Below, piece after piece: positions 8,764 to 19,038 of a stretch of 64,000 nt of DNA. Under the pieces are notes generated by a model. That model was given only the letters and a program-made list of their open reading frames with translations, was not told where the DNA came from and ran no database searches. The DNA is from an uncultured Gammaproteobacteria bacterium (GTDB lineage: Bacteria > Patescibacteriota > Microgenomatia > Levybacterales > GWA1-39-11), in the NCBI GenBank assembly GCA_964452165.1, contig CAYVKP010000001.1, positions 1,715-65,714 on the forward strand, written 5' to 3'. The stretch's first letter is position 1, and the number at the start of each line of letters is the position of its first letter. Made by a program: the position numbers and the translations under genes.

Positions 8764-10548
8764 TTATTCTGCATTTTTCTTTGACTTCTCATGGTGCTGG
8801 GAGGAAAACATTTTTTCTATTTCGGCTAGAGATGTTGCGTCTTCCGGCTTTCTATCATCGCGAAATTTTTCGAGTCTGGGGAAACGCAAGGCATATCCCG
8901 GCACATCTACGTCAAAGGCTGAACCGCTCTTTGAAGCTTTCATAATTCGGCCCGCGGTATGAATTGGTGAACGGGTTATTTCATCCGCCTTTATCTCAAC
9001 GACGATTTCAGGCTCAATCCAAACATCAGGTTCAAGGTTTTTATCGACTAAATAGAGCGGGGGTTTCTCTTTCGCTTTCAATTTATTACCTCTGACAGCC
9101 AGGGTCTTCCATTCTTCATCGGTTAATCCTGTCCCAACACGCGCAATAGTTACATAATGGTCAGACTTTTTATCATAGATCCCGATTAAAAAACCGCCAA
9201 TTCCAAAAGCAGTTCTTTTTCCGCGCCCGTAATAATAACCCATTACAAGACAATCTACTGTGTCATCAAGCGAGGCCGAATAAGAACGCTTAAACTTTAT
9301 CCAATTCCAACCGCGAGCTCCGGCCTGATACGTTCCGTCTAGTTTTTTAGCCAAAATTCCTTCGAGTCCTCGCGATATTGCATCGTCGAAAAAATTCTCA
9401 ATTTTTTTGGGGTCTCCAAAAACCTGTTCTTCCGAAATTAAAACCGTATTACCTTCTTTTATTATTGACGCGAGCAATCTGCGTCTTTCCACGTAGGCTT
9501 TGCCTATCATATTATTGCCATCGAGGAAGAGCAAATCAAACGTAATAAGTTTTAACGGATATTTTTTTGCCATCTCTTCAATCCCATATTTTCTTTTCCT
9601 CTGTGTAGTTATTTGAAATGGCAGATATTCGCCGGTGTCGGGATCATAAGCGATTGCTTCGCCTTCAAATATAGCTTCTTTTACTTTGATTTGACTTTTT
9701 ATTCCCGCAACAACATCGGGGTACATAAAGGTTACGTCTTCAAGATTGCGGGTTATTAGCTTAATTTCTTGACCACGAACATGAGCCTGAAGCCTAAATC
9801 CGTCAAACTTTGGTTCGACTGCACACTCACCAATCTTGTTAATAATCTCCTCACCGCTCGATAATCTTTCTGCCCGCGCCATCAATACCGGAGTAAACGG
9901 AACAGGAGTAGCCTCTGCCAGTCCTTTAACGCCCCTTTCTTTTACGGTTTTTGCAATATATCCAAGGTCCGGACGAATGTTGAATACCGGTTCGATTTCT
10001 TTTCTGTGAGTTTTAGTCCCATCAATCATCCATGAAAGAGAATCAAGAACAGTCATATCTGAAAATCCAAGACGAAGCTTGGCAACCGGGATTCTTGAAA
10101 CGAATCTTGCCGACAACGGATCGAGGCTTTTTAGAAGATCTGAGATTATTGTCATTTTCTTCTCAACCGAGCCGGCCCCGCCGGTCTGTGCTACTTTTTT
10201 AAGAGCATCGAATACCTCCGTGACAGTAACATTTGAAGCTTTTTTTTGTTTTACAGCTAACTTTTCAGCCAAAACTCCCAAGTCTCCAATTTTTTTGTAT
10301 TCGGCCAAAATTTCCTTATCATCAATTGAGTAGGCAAAAGCAAAGGCCTTAAGCATTTGTTTCTCGGCAATTCCAAACTCAAGCGGTTCGTAAAGCGGGA
10401 CTACTCTACCCTGCATCAGGTAAACAATTTTGTCGATATCCTGGGGGTCGGTCTCACGGAATAAATCCGCAAGAAGCTCAATCATAGTATTGCGGGAAGT
10501 TGTGCCCTCAAGCTTTTCTAAATGTTTTGATAGATCCGAAAATTTCAT
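8764..10548 (-). CDS. lig: ATP-dependent DNA ligase (archaeal/eukaryotic Lig1-like)
   Basis: Motif I EPKFDGFRLQAH (KxDGxR adenylation lysine). 594 aa, the typical length of ATP-dependent ligases with DNA-binding, adenylation and OB domains. Confidence 0.85.
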   Translation of the reverse strand: MKFSDLSKHLEKLEGTTSRNTMIELLADLFRETDPQDIDKIVYLMQGRVVPLYEPLEFGIAEKQMLKAFAFAYSIDDKEILAEYKKIGDLGVLAEKLAVKQKKASNVTVTEVFDALKKVAQTGGAGSVEKKMTIISDLLKSLDPLSARFVSRIPVAKLRLGFSDMTVLDSLSWMIDGTKTHRKEIEPVFNIRPDLGYIAKTVKERGVKGLAEATPVPFTPVLMARAERLSSGEEIINKIGECAVEPKFDGFRLQAHVRGQEIKLITRNLEDVTFMYPDVVAGIKSQIKVKEAIFEGEAIAYDPDTGEYLPFQITTQRKRKYGIEEMAKKYPLKLITFDLLFLDGNNMIGKAYVERRRLLASIIKEGNTVLISEEQVFGDPKKIENFFDDAISRGLEGILAKKLDGTYQAGARGWNWIKFKRSYSASLDDTVDCLVMGYYYGRGKRTAFGIGGFLIGIYDKKSDHYVTIARVGTGLTDEEWKTLAVRGNKLKAKEKPPLYLVDKNLEPDVWIEPEIVVEIKADEITRSPIHTAGRIMKASKSGSAFDVDVPGYALRFPRLEKFRDDRKPEDATSLAEIEKMFSSQHHEKSKKNAE

Positions 10549-11586
10549 TTAGCTTTTATCCAGGATGTATTTTACACCTTTTGTCACGCCTTGCTTCTTG
10601 AGCAAGCCCTTTTTGACTAAATCCTGAACCTCGCGAAGAACCGTATCCTCGGAGACCATTGGAAAAAGCGAGTTATATGCGTTGTTTTCTATGTATCCGT
10701 TTGCTTGAATATATTCGATGATCTTAAGTTGTCGCTCTGACAACATTACCGGACCGCCTAATTTCTTTTTTAAATTGTTGTCAATTGAAATATTCTCAAT
10801 CCTATCTTTAATCTTGGATAGTTCTACCGCAAGACACTCCGTAAAATACTCGAGCCACTCTGTCTGGTCACCGTTTTTCTTTTCAACTGACTGCAATGCT
10901 TCATAATATCTTTCAGGATCACGATCAAAATGTTCTTCGATTGAGAAAAACTGACGAATGTCATAACCTAGCTTGTATAAGACGAGCATTGAAAGCGCGC
11001 GCCCTACCCTACCATTTCCATCTAAAAACGGGTGGATTCTGACAAATTCATAGTGAACTATTCCTCCTTTTAAAACCGGGTGAATCTCTGGCTCTTCCTG
11101 AATAAATATCGCAAGTTCTTTCATCTGCCAAGGGACTTCAACGGATTTTGGAGGCTTGAAAGCAACGTCTCCGGTTATTGAATTTCGGATTACGACTTCT
11201 TTCTGGCGATATTTTCCCGACTCCTCGTCCGGCAAAACGTTTTTGACAACTATTTTATGAAGTTCACGTATTGTATCCTCATCTATCTGTTGCCCTGTGT
11301 GGCGATCTATATAATCAATGACTCTGCGATAATTTATAACTTCCTGAACGTCTCGCTCTCTTGCAACGATTCGCTCTCCATCTAGTATTTTTTGGACTTG
11401 AGTTAAAGATAATTCATTTCCTTCAATGTGAGTTCCAAAATGCGTTGTCCTGACCAAAGCTTCATCTTGAAATTTCTTTTCCCAGTAAGGCAGGAGGGGG
11501 GCGTTTTCTATAATTTCTTTTGCCGCTTCAATTGCTCCAATATTCTTGAGAATCTTATTATCGATAGAAAAAGTTGGGGTATACAT
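10549..11586 (-). CDS. Fic family protein (AMPylation-competent motif) with C-terminal winged-helix domain
   Basis: Canonical Fic motif HPFLDGNGRVGR, an N-terminal Fic_N-like inhibitory-helix region (THIEGN), and a C-terminal wHTH. Stop codon abuts the start of the ligase gene. Confidence 0.85.
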   Translation of the reverse strand: MYTPTFSIDNKILKNIGAIEAAKEIIENAPLLPYWEKKFQDEALVRTTHFGTHIEGNELSLTQVQKILDGERIVARERDVQEVINYRRVIDYIDRHTGQQIDEDTIRELHKIVVKNVLPDEESGKYRQKEVVIRNSITGDVAFKPPKSVEVPWQMKELAIFIQEEPEIHPVLKGGIVHYEFVRIHPFLDGNGRVGRALSMLVLYKLGYDIRQFFSIEEHFDRDPERYYEALQSVEKKNGDQTEWLEYFTECLAVELSKIKDRIENISIDNNLKKKLGGPVMLSERQLKIIEYIQANGYIENNAYNSLFPMVSEDTVLREVQDLVKKGLLKKQGVTKGVKYILDKS

Positions 11587-11634
11587 TAAGATCTTAAAAC
11601 TCAGATATTGGATGTCAGATTTGAATTATGACAT

Positions 11635-12018
11635 TTGAGTTCTGAGTTATTAAATAGTATTATATCAGCTATGGCAACCGAATCTGAGGGAAAGCTTGAT
11701 GAAGTAGACGTTGAGGTCCTCAGGGAAATTCTTGATCTGGCAAAGACGGGAATTAAGGCAAAAAAAGAGAGCAAAGAGGAAAGACTTCATGTTGAGGTGG
11801 TAAGACAAATGCTGACTTTGGCAACTTCCGGTTTTGGACTCGTTGCGGCACTCGCCTGGAATAGCCTAATTCAAGAAATTGTTAGTAGCTACGTTAAAAG
11901 AAATCTTCCCGGGGGTAATGCAGGCGTCATATCACTTATTATCTATGCTGTTGTCGTCACAGCAATAGCGGTCTTTGTGACATTTCAGCTCTCAAAACTT
12001 CTCAAGAAGCTTTCGTAA
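11635..12018 (+). CDS. hypothetical small membrane protein
   Basis: 127-aa ORF with C-terminal TM helices. Stop overlaps the recF start. Confidence 0.4.
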   Translation: MSSELLNSIISAMATESEGKLDEVDVEVLREILDLAKTGIKAKKESKEERLHVEVVRQMLTLATSGFGLVAALAWNSLIQEIVSSYVKRNLPGGNAGVISLIIYAVVVTAIAVFVTFQLSKLLKKLS

Positions 12019-13067
12019 TGATTTTAAAAAAGCTAAAGCTAACAAACTTTAGAAATCATAAGGCTGCCCAATTTAATCTCGCACTTACTACTGTCATTAT
12101 TGGCAAAAATACGGCGGGCAAAACCAACATCCTTGAGTCGATTTATATCTTGTCCGCAGGAAAGTCATTTCGCGCTCAGAAGGATCTTGACACAATCCGT
12201 GAGGAAACAGATTTTTGCAATATTGAAGCTCAAGTTGAAGACGAAGATGAAAAGATAGATCTTAAAGTAATTTTCTCTCTGCAAAAAGGCTACTTATCAA
12301 AAAGGTTTTTGGTAAATAACGTACCCCGCCGTCAACACGATTTTGCATCAAATTTTGTCTCCGTTCTTTTTACTCCAAAAGATATTGAAATAATGACTGA
12401 TTCACCTGGAGTAAGACGCCGTTATATTGATTCTGTTTTGTATCAGTCTAACAAAAACTATCGAATTGCCCTTTCCACTTACGAACGGGCGCTAAAGCAC
12501 AGAAACAGAATGCTTTATGACATTCGAGAGGGCAAAAAACAATATGCCCGCCATGATTTTGAATACTTTGAAAACATATTAATCGAGCAGGGAAATATTT
12601 TGACCCAAAAGCGCGAGGAATTTGTAGATTTTGTGAATGAGTCAAACAAGGATATCTTCAAGTTCACTCTTTTTTATGACAAAAGCCTTATGTCTACGGA
12701 GCGCCTCTTCAAATATCATTTTGAAGAACAGGCGGCGGGTGTCACTTTGGTTGGCCCGCAAAGAGATGATTTTGCTTTTTACTTTGAAGGGACACAAAAA
12801 CCCGTTCGCGAATTTGGGTCAAGAGGAGAAGAACGCTTGACAATTTTACAACTTAAAACGCTTGAGATAGAGTTTCTTCGAACGAAAACCGGAAAGAATC
12901 CCGTACTCTTACTCGATGATATTTTCTCAGAGCTTGATGATGCAAATATCTTTAAGGTTTTTGAACTTTTGCCTAATCAGCAGACAATTTTGACAACAAC
13001 TCACCACGAATTCGTCCCCAAAAAGATTTTGAACCGAACAGACGTTGAAATTATCGAATTAAAGTAG
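12018..13067 (+). CDS. recF: DNA replication and repair protein RecF
   Basis: N-terminal LKLTNFRNH and Walker A GKNTAGKTNILESI. 349 aa with SMC-like ABC ATPase architecture. Confidence 0.85.
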   Translation: MILKKLKLTNFRNHKAAQFNLALTTVIIGKNTAGKTNILESIYILSAGKSFRAQKDLDTIREETDFCNIEAQVEDEDEKIDLKVIFSLQKGYLSKRFLVNNVPRRQHDFASNFVSVLFTPKDIEIMTDSPGVRRRYIDSVLYQSNKNYRIALSTYERALKHRNRMLYDIREGKKQYARHDFEYFENILIEQGNILTQKREEFVDFVNESNKDIFKFTLFYDKSLMSTERLFKYHFEEQAAGVTLVGPQRDDFAFYFEGTQKPVREFGSRGEERLTILQLKTLEIEFLRTKTGKNPVLLLDDIFSELDDANIFKVFELLPNQQTILTTTHHEFVPKKILNRTDVEIIELK

Positions 13068-13874
13068 CTCTTTCATCATTTGAGGGATTTCGTTGGCAAG
13101 GTCTGAGGCGTTAAAGAAAATTCCAACACGCAGCTCCAAAGATTCTCCGGCTTTTTTATTTATATATGAGGCGGCACACGCCGATAAAAAGGCTTCGTTT
13201 TTGCAGTAAAAACTTGCAACAAGTCCGGCCAGGACGTCTCCTGTCCCACCTTTTGTCATTCCCGGATTTCCTCCCGGAATCTTGACAGATTGCTCAGGGG
13301 AAATAACAATATCCTCTTTACCTTTTAACAAAATTGTCATCCCGTATTTTCTCGCCATTTCAGTTACGTTTTCCGCAGTTGCCGGCACTTGAAATAGAGT
13401 TTCAAATTCCTTTTTATGAGGCGTTATTATAGTTTTTTTTGGAAGAACACTGGGCACTATTACCTGCAAAGACCCTCCATCTACAACCCACTTCTTATCC
13501 GGATATTTTTTAAAAAGTTTTTCTGTTAGTGCTTTTGTGTCATCGTCTCCCTCTTCTTTTCCTTCAGTCCTTGGAAGTCCTGGACCAATTAATATAACGT
13601 CTGCTTCATTAATGTAGTTATCTATTTTGCTACGAGGGACTACTATTCCATTTCTGAATTCGTCTTTTGCGACACTAACTAACTTATTATTCTCTTCAAC
13701 CGAGGAATAAAAAACCATATCCACAATCCTTGAAGCTATTGAAAGTGGCCAAAGAGACGCTGCGTGGAAAAGCTTACTGCCTGCAATAATCATAAGCTTG
13801 CCATTTTCGCCCTTATGAGACTCTGGTGCGGGTTTATATAAATTTTTAAGAATTTCTGCGTTGAATTCTTGCAT
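13059..13874 (-). CDS. nnrD: ADP-dependent NAD(P)H-hydrate dehydratase (YjeF C-terminal domain)
   Basis: GGTGDVLAGLVASF motif typical of carbohydrate-kinase-like YjeF_C domains. Confidence 0.75.
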   Translation of the reverse strand: MQEFNAEILKNLYKPAPESHKGENGKLMIIAGSKLFHAASLWPLSIASRIVDMVFYSSVEENNKLVSVAKDEFRNGIVVPRSKIDNYINEADVILIGPGLPRTEGKEEGDDDTKALTEKLFKKYPDKKWVVDGGSLQVIVPSVLPKKTIITPHKKEFETLFQVPATAENVTEMARKYGMTILLKGKEDIVISPEQSVKIPGGNPGMTKGGTGDVLAGLVASFYCKNEAFLSACAASYINKKAGESLELRVGIFFNASDLANEIPQMMKELL

Positions 13875-14018
13875 TTGAGGAGATTATACAAAGTTTAATA
13901 GCAAATTCCAATTTCCAAGCACCAAGTTCCAAACAATATCCAATGTTTTAAATTTTAGAAATTAAATACTTAGAATTTATTTGGATCTTGGGATTTGATA
14001 TTTGGAATTTTAGAGAGG

Positions 14019-14720
14019 TTAGCCTTCGATGGTTGTTCCTACAAATTCACGGCCTTCAAAATAGTTTTCAAGGTTTTCAAGATTACCTCCCTTAACAATT
14101 ACTACCTTAAGACCAAGTTCTTGTGCTTTCTTTGAGGCAATTGGATCATAAGGCATATTGAGTCCCGGAGTCCAGGTATCTCCAACTATTTTTCTGAATT
14201 CTTCCCAATTGATATTTTTTATTGGCTTTGCATCGGGATTGGTCTTGGGATCTGAATCATATGCCATTTCAATATTGCTCATATTAACAACTGTTTTGAC
14301 ATGGTAATCCTCGCACACCATTGCCGCGCAGAAATCGGTAGACCAGCCGGGCTTCCAACCTGAGGCAATGATAACAGGCTCGGTTACTTTTCTGATTATT
14401 TCATAGTGCTTGAGAATGTAGGGGTGGGCGATATCGCGGAAAATGGTACGGACAAGCTGCGCATTAAGACGTGTTGCGTGAATTCCAAGCCAATCAAGAT
14501 CCTCGGGGACAATATTTCCATCGACCACTTCTCTTGCTGCTTTCTGATAGTCTCTAGTTGTGGCGCCGCCACCTGCGACAATAAAAAATTGGAGATTTTT
14601 GTTTTCTGAAAGTTCCCTTCTTATAAAATCACTGAAGCGTTTGAGAAAGTCGACATCAATTCCTGTTTGCGGAACAATTAGCGAACCCCCAAGTGATATT
14701 ACTACTCTTTCTCGTTGCAT
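14019..14720 (-). CDS. pyrH: amino-acid-kinase family protein, archaeal-type UMP kinase-like
   Basis: N-terminal VISLGGSLI, an internal AGGGATTRDY, and a C-terminal VGTTIEG that resembles the archaeal PyrH C-terminus. 233 aa. Confidence 0.55.
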   Translation of the reverse strand: MQRERVVISLGGSLIVPQTGIDVDFLKRFSDFIRRELSENKNLQFFIVAGGGATTRDYQKAAREVVDGNIVPEDLDWLGIHATRLNAQLVRTIFRDIAHPYILKHYEIIRKVTEPVIIASGWKPGWSTDFCAAMVCEDYHVKTVVNMSNIEMAYDSDPKTNPDAKPIKNINWEEFRKIVGDTWTPGLNMPYDPIASKKAQELGLKVVIVKGGNLENLENYFEGREFVGTTIEG

Positions 14721-14860
14721 GCGTAAATCCTTATAAAAAAGGCAGACATGTTGCCCGCCATTTCTTATTCATTTAAGATACCAAAAAATACGCCTAAATG
14801 CAAGTTTGCGCTCTCTTTCCAATCTTGACAACAATTGGCATTTAACCTAATATATTAACC

Positions 14861-15643
14861 ATGCCGACGCGTACAACAAAAACCTCTTCTGCCTCCAAAG
14901 AAAATTTAATTGACAAAGCATCTACTATGCAGGCTCCTCAATTTACTTATTTCTTGCTTCTTATCGTTGTCTTTGTTCTTGGATATTTTGTTGCCCGCGT
15001 TCAATTTTTTGAAAAAGGTAATGGCGGAACTACTCCAACAACCGCACCTTCTGGGCAAGCTGCTGCGCCACAAGCACCATCTGTTCCTGATCCAAAAGAT
15101 GTTTTGAAGAAGATTACCAACGGCCATTTTCCAGTTAAGGGAAACTCCAACGCCAAAGTTAAGATTGTAGAATTTGCAGACTTCCGCTGCCCATTCTGTG
15201 AAAGATTCTTCACTGATACTGAGGGACAATTGATAAAAGATTACGTTGATACAGGAAAAGTAGCCTTTATTTTCAGGCAGTATGAATTCCTTGGTGCAGC
15301 ATCTGTCGTTGCCGGAAACGCAGCCGAATGTGCAAACGAGCAAGGAAAATTCTGGGAATACCACGACTGGCTTTACAAAAACCAGCCTGATGAAAGCGAT
15401 ACCTCAATGTTCAACACGGATTCCATGACTACCGCCGCAGTCTCTCTTGGAATGAACGGTGATCAATTTAGAAGCTGTCTTTCAGCAAATAAATACAATG
15501 CCAACCTCCAAAAAGATTTATCAGAAGGACAAAGCATTGGAGTCTCCGGAACACCAACTTTCTATGTTAACGGTCAACAATTAGTTGGAGCACAACCATA
15601 CACAGCCTTCAAAGCAATAATAGACACAGAGCTCAAGAAATAA
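14861..15643 (+). CDS. DsbA-family thiol:disulfide oxidoreductase with N-terminal membrane anchor
   Basis: CPFC active site within a thioredoxin fold and an N-terminal TM helix. Start may be the internal Met (MQAPQF...). Confidence 0.75.
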   Translation: MPTRTTKTSSASKENLIDKASTMQAPQFTYFLLLIVVFVLGYFVARVQFFEKGNGGTTPTTAPSGQAAAPQAPSVPDPKDVLKKITNGHFPVKGNSNAKVKIVEFADFRCPFCERFFTDTEGQLIKDYVDTGKVAFIFRQYEFLGAASVVAGNAAECANEQGKFWEYHDWLYKNQPDESDTSMFNTDSMTTAAVSLGMNGDQFRSCLSANKYNANLQKDLSEGQSIGVSGTPTFYVNGQQLVGAQPYTAFKAIIDTELKK

Positions 15644-15733
15644 TTCCTCCGGAAACAATTTACAAGGTTAACCAATTGACAAATTGACTCGTAAAAAACG
15701 TTATTTTGTTAATTTGTTGTTTTCGTTAATTTG

Positions 15734-16600
15734 TTAGTGCTGGCAACTCTCGCAGAAGAAGGTTCCGCGGCCTCCAAGATAGACTTTCTGAATCACTCCA
15801 CCATCAGCGCGTGAGCAGGGTTTCCCTTTTCTACCGTAAACTAAAAAATGTTTTTGATATTCTCCAAGCTGTCCCAAAACGTCTACAAAGTTAAGCTCTG
15901 AAGATCCACGATATTTCATTGCCTTTTCAAGTACTTTCAGGATTGAATCGAACAATGTTTTGATTTCGGTCGAACTCAAACTCTTAGCTCGGCGCCTCGG
16001 GTCAATGTGGGCATCAAAACACCCATCATTTGCGTAAATATTTCCTATTCCGCCAATCTTCTTCTGATCCATCAGTAGAACTTTAATTGGTAGGTTGGAC
16101 TTCTTAACTATTGCCGCAAACAAGGGTAGCGTTAACAAAGGCGTTCCGGATCCGGGAGACGGAATCGGCTCAGGGCCAAGCTCTTTAAAGAATGGTAGCG
16201 TCTTCAAGTCTGATGTTTTTAAAATCTTCATCCACGCAAAACCCCTGACTTCTTGAAAATAAAGCTTCGAACTTCCATTCAAGTGAAGTGTAACTCTCGT
16301 AAATTTATTGGGAACTTTTGCGGGCACTGGCTTCATAACTTCAAGATCTCGATTAAGACTATCACGAAAAATTAGTTGTCCGGTAAGCTTTATATGAAAG
16401 GCGATCGAATACGAATTTGATAGATCAATGACGATCCCTTTTGCATAGCGACGAATATCTTTTACTTTTGCGCCGGCTATTGAATCTGGATCTCCCGTCA
16501 GAAGCTTCTTGTCTATTACCTCAACGCTCTCAATTGTCTTTCCAACAACGTATTTTTGAAGACCTAATTTAAGTGTTTCAACTTCTGGAAGTTCCGGCAT
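15734..16600 (-). CDS. mutM: formamidopyrimidine-DNA glycosylase
   Basis: N-terminal MPELPEVE catalytic Pro2/Glu3, H2TH region, and C-terminal zinc finger CxxC...CESC. Confidence 0.8.
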   Translation of the reverse strand: MPELPEVETLKLGLQKYVVGKTIESVEVIDKKLLTGDPDSIAGAKVKDIRRYAKGIVIDLSNSYSIAFHIKLTGQLIFRDSLNRDLEVMKPVPAKVPNKFTRVTLHLNGSSKLYFQEVRGFAWMKILKTSDLKTLPFFKELGPEPIPSPGSGTPLLTLPLFAAIVKKSNLPIKVLLMDQKKIGGIGNIYANDGCFDAHIDPRRRAKSLSSTEIKTLFDSILKVLEKAMKYRGSSELNFVDVLGQLGEYQKHFLVYGRKGKPCSRADGGVIQKVYLGGRGTFFCESCQH

Positions 16601-16601
16601 A

Positions 16602-17012
16602 CTAAATCCAACCTAACTCTTTGAAAATCTTTTTAGACGGGCGAGTCAAGGCAAGATTCTTGAGTTCGCTTCTGTCAAACCATTTTATTTCGACTATATC
16701 GTCTCCCGGAACTGCCCTATTTGTTGTAGAGATAACCTTAAAGATAAGAAAAACATAATGAACCATTTCTCCATGACTATTTGACTCGTTATCTTCATCA
16801 AAACCAAGTCTTTCAATCTCCTTAACTTCCAAACCGGTTTCTTCTTTAATCTCCCGTGTAACACCTTCTATTAAAGTCTCCGATTCAAGATTCACTCCCC
16901 CACCGGGCATATGCCACGTATCCGGATACGGACCTTTTCCCGGAGCTTTTCTACCCATTAAAATCTTCCCATCGTGTTCAATTAAAGCTCCTACTACGAC
17001 TCTGTATTTCAT
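16602..17012 (-). CDS. NUDIX hydrolase
   Basis: Nudix box GGGVNLESETLIEGVTREIKEETGL. Confidence 0.75.
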   Translation of the reverse strand: MKYRVVVGALIEHDGKILMGRKAPGKGPYPDTWHMPGGGVNLESETLIEGVTREIKEETGLEVKEIERLGFDEDNESNSHGEMVHYVFLIFKVISTTNRAVPGDDIVEIKWFDRSELKNLALTRPSKKIFKELGWI

Positions 17013-18112
17013 TTTGCTATTTTTGTGACGAATTCTTTTATCTTCTTATCAAAAATCTCCGAACTGAACTTTTGGGCTTGATGGCGACACACTTCCGAAC
17101 TGAACTTGGATGCTTCGAACTTTTTGATAGCTGAATTTAAACTTTCCGGAGTATTCTCATCAAAAAATATTCCGGTTTTTCCATCAACCACAGTCTCTTT
17201 TACTCCCCCAGACTTGTAGGCAATAACGGGCGTGCCCACAGCTTGCGCTTCAACCGGAGTTATTCCAAAATCCTCATCAAATGAAGCAAAAACGTAAGCC
17301 TTTGCTTCTGTCATTAAGCGCGATCGCGCATCATCTGTCACTTCTCCCACAAATTCAATATTGGATTTTGCAATTTTTCGCAACTCCTCATCAAATCCGG
17401 CGAATCCTTTACCAAAAATCTTAAGTTTTTTTCCGTTTTCATTAAAGGCCTTGATAATAATATCCGTTCCTTTAGCACGAGCAAGTCTTCCACCCGTCAG
17501 ATAGTAATTCTGCTTTTTAACTTTCGTAGGACTTTCTGGAATATCGACCGGGGGATTAATAACAACTGCATCTTTTCTATAAAACTTTTGAATTCTAGCT
17601 TTAATCTCTTCTGAATTTGCAATAAAGTAATCAACATTCTCAGAAGCTTTAAAATCTAAAAGTCTTAAGAAGTGGTTTGTGATTGTTCCAAAAAAATTCA
17701 TGAGGTGGTCTTTTTTCCACTCACGCGCTGTCATATAACCGTATAAATATCTTGGCGGCGTGTGAGTGTAGCAAATAAGTTTTGTCTTTGGTCCTTTCTG
17801 TGTTAGATTCGGGAAATACGCTCCGGTTTGCGAAACAATAATTACATCAAAATCATCTAGAACAAAGCTCCAAAAAGCAAAAGGCGAGAGCAATCGGAAG
17901 ACAGAAATCAATTTCTCGCGATATGGAATTAAATTGAGAAATGAGGCGCGAACATTCATTTTTACAAAGCTTGCTCCGTGGGGACCAAGAAATTCAGGTG
18001 CGAAAATTGAAGTGAAAATGGGCGCCTCAGGAAACAACTCATGGAGCTCCTCCAAGACCCTCTCTGCTCCACCGTATTCTTTTATATAATCGTGAACAAT
18101 AGCTATTTTCAT
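17009..18112 (-). CDS. glycosyltransferase family 4 (GT-B fold)
   Basis: C-terminal EDFGITPVEAQAVGTPVIA motif (the E-X7-E region of GT4). Confidence 0.75.
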   Translation of the reverse strand: MKIAIVHDYIKEYGGAERVLEELHELFPEAPIFTSIFAPEFLGPHGASFVKMNVRASFLNLIPYREKLISVFRLLSPFAFWSFVLDDFDVIIVSQTGAYFPNLTQKGPKTKLICYTHTPPRYLYGYMTAREWKKDHLMNFFGTITNHFLRLLDFKASENVDYFIANSEEIKARIQKFYRKDAVVINPPVDIPESPTKVKKQNYYLTGGRLARAKGTDIIIKAFNENGKKLKIFGKGFAGFDEELRKIAKSNIEFVGEVTDDARSRLMTEAKAYVFASFDEDFGITPVEAQAVGTPVIAYKSGGVKETVVDGKTGIFFDENTPESLNSAIKKFEASKFSSEVCRHQAQKFSSEIFDKKIKEFVTKIAK

Positions 18113-19038
18113 ATAAGTTTCATCTGATTTTGCTTTTTAGTTTCGGCTTTTTGCACAAATACCTCATCTACTCTCTTTGGCAAGGTTTTGAATTCGAATT
18201 CTTCAAGTGCTTTTTTGAACCCATCGACGTCAATTTTTGAAGCAAGACAATCATCAAAGTCACATGAAAAAGGCGCATCGGTCAAAATAGTCGCAAGAGT
18301 GTGAGAAATTTGTCCTGACTCTGCCCCATCAATCAATTTTTGGGCCAAATTTTTATTTTTAACCGCAATCTCATCTAAGTGCTTGTAAATATTGTCAAAA
18401 TTTCCATACGCATTAATCAAAGTTGCCGCGGTTTTGGGGCCGACACCCGGAACTCCGGGATAATTATCCGATGCGTCACCTGTCAAAGACTTTAAGTCTA
18501 TTATTTGCGCCGGATCTACTCCATATTGAGCACGGACTGATTCTTCATCGTGAATCTTAACCTCTGAAATTCCTTTTATAGGCATTAATACTAAAGTCTT
18601 ATGATTCACAAGCTGTAACATATCGCGATCTCCCGTCACAACATAAACGATATTTCCCATATCTTTTGCCCTGTGCGCCAAAGTTCCAATCACATCATCT
18701 GCCTCAAATCCATCTACTCCAATTTGCATAATTTTTGCTTTATTTAAAATTTCAATGATTGCCCCGAACTGATCAGATAGGTCTGACTCCATCTTTGGAC
18801 GTTGTGCTTGATAGCCAACGTACATTTGCTGACGGAAAGTTGGCTTTGGGCGGTCAAAAGCAACCACAACATGAGCCGGTTTTAGCTGCTGAAATAGTTT
18901 TAAAAACATTCCGAAGAATCCTGAAATTGCGCCTGTCGGGACTCCGGCCGAAGTTGTAAACGGAGGCATTGAATGATACGCGCGGTGGACAAGTGCCGAA
19001 CCGTCAATAAGCATAAAAACTTCCTTTTTAGCTTCCAT
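18109..19038 (-). CDS. 5'-3' exonuclease / flap endonuclease (Pol I N-terminal domain-like)
   Basis: Conserved LIDGSALVHRAYH, FDRPKPTFR, GFEADDVIGTLA and GDRD motifs. The likely start is the internal Met (MEAKKEV...); the long ORF extends to 19140. Confidence 0.8.
   Translation of the reverse strand: MEAKKEVFMLIDGSALVHRAYHSMPPFTTSAGVPTGAISGFFGMFLKLFQQLKPAHVVVAFDRPKPTFRQQMYVGYQAQRPKMESDLSDQFGAIIEILNKAKIMQIGVDGFEADDVIGTLAHRAKDMGNIVYVVTGDRDMLQLVNHKTLVLMPIKGISEVKIHDEESVRAQYGVDPAQIIDLKSLTGDASDNYPGVPGVGPKTAATLINAYGNFDNIYKHLDEIAVKNKNLAQKLIDGAESGQISHTLATILTDAPFSCDFDDCLASKIDVDGFKKALEEFEFKTLPKRVDEVFVQKAETKKQNQMKLI

Noticed and set aside
8764-10548. Short antisense ORFs inside lig, ftsH, valS, trxB and other long genes (for example 10079..10333, 28447..28674, 46956..47138)
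   Set aside because: They are fully embedded antisense or out-of-frame in well-supported genes, with low-complexity translations.
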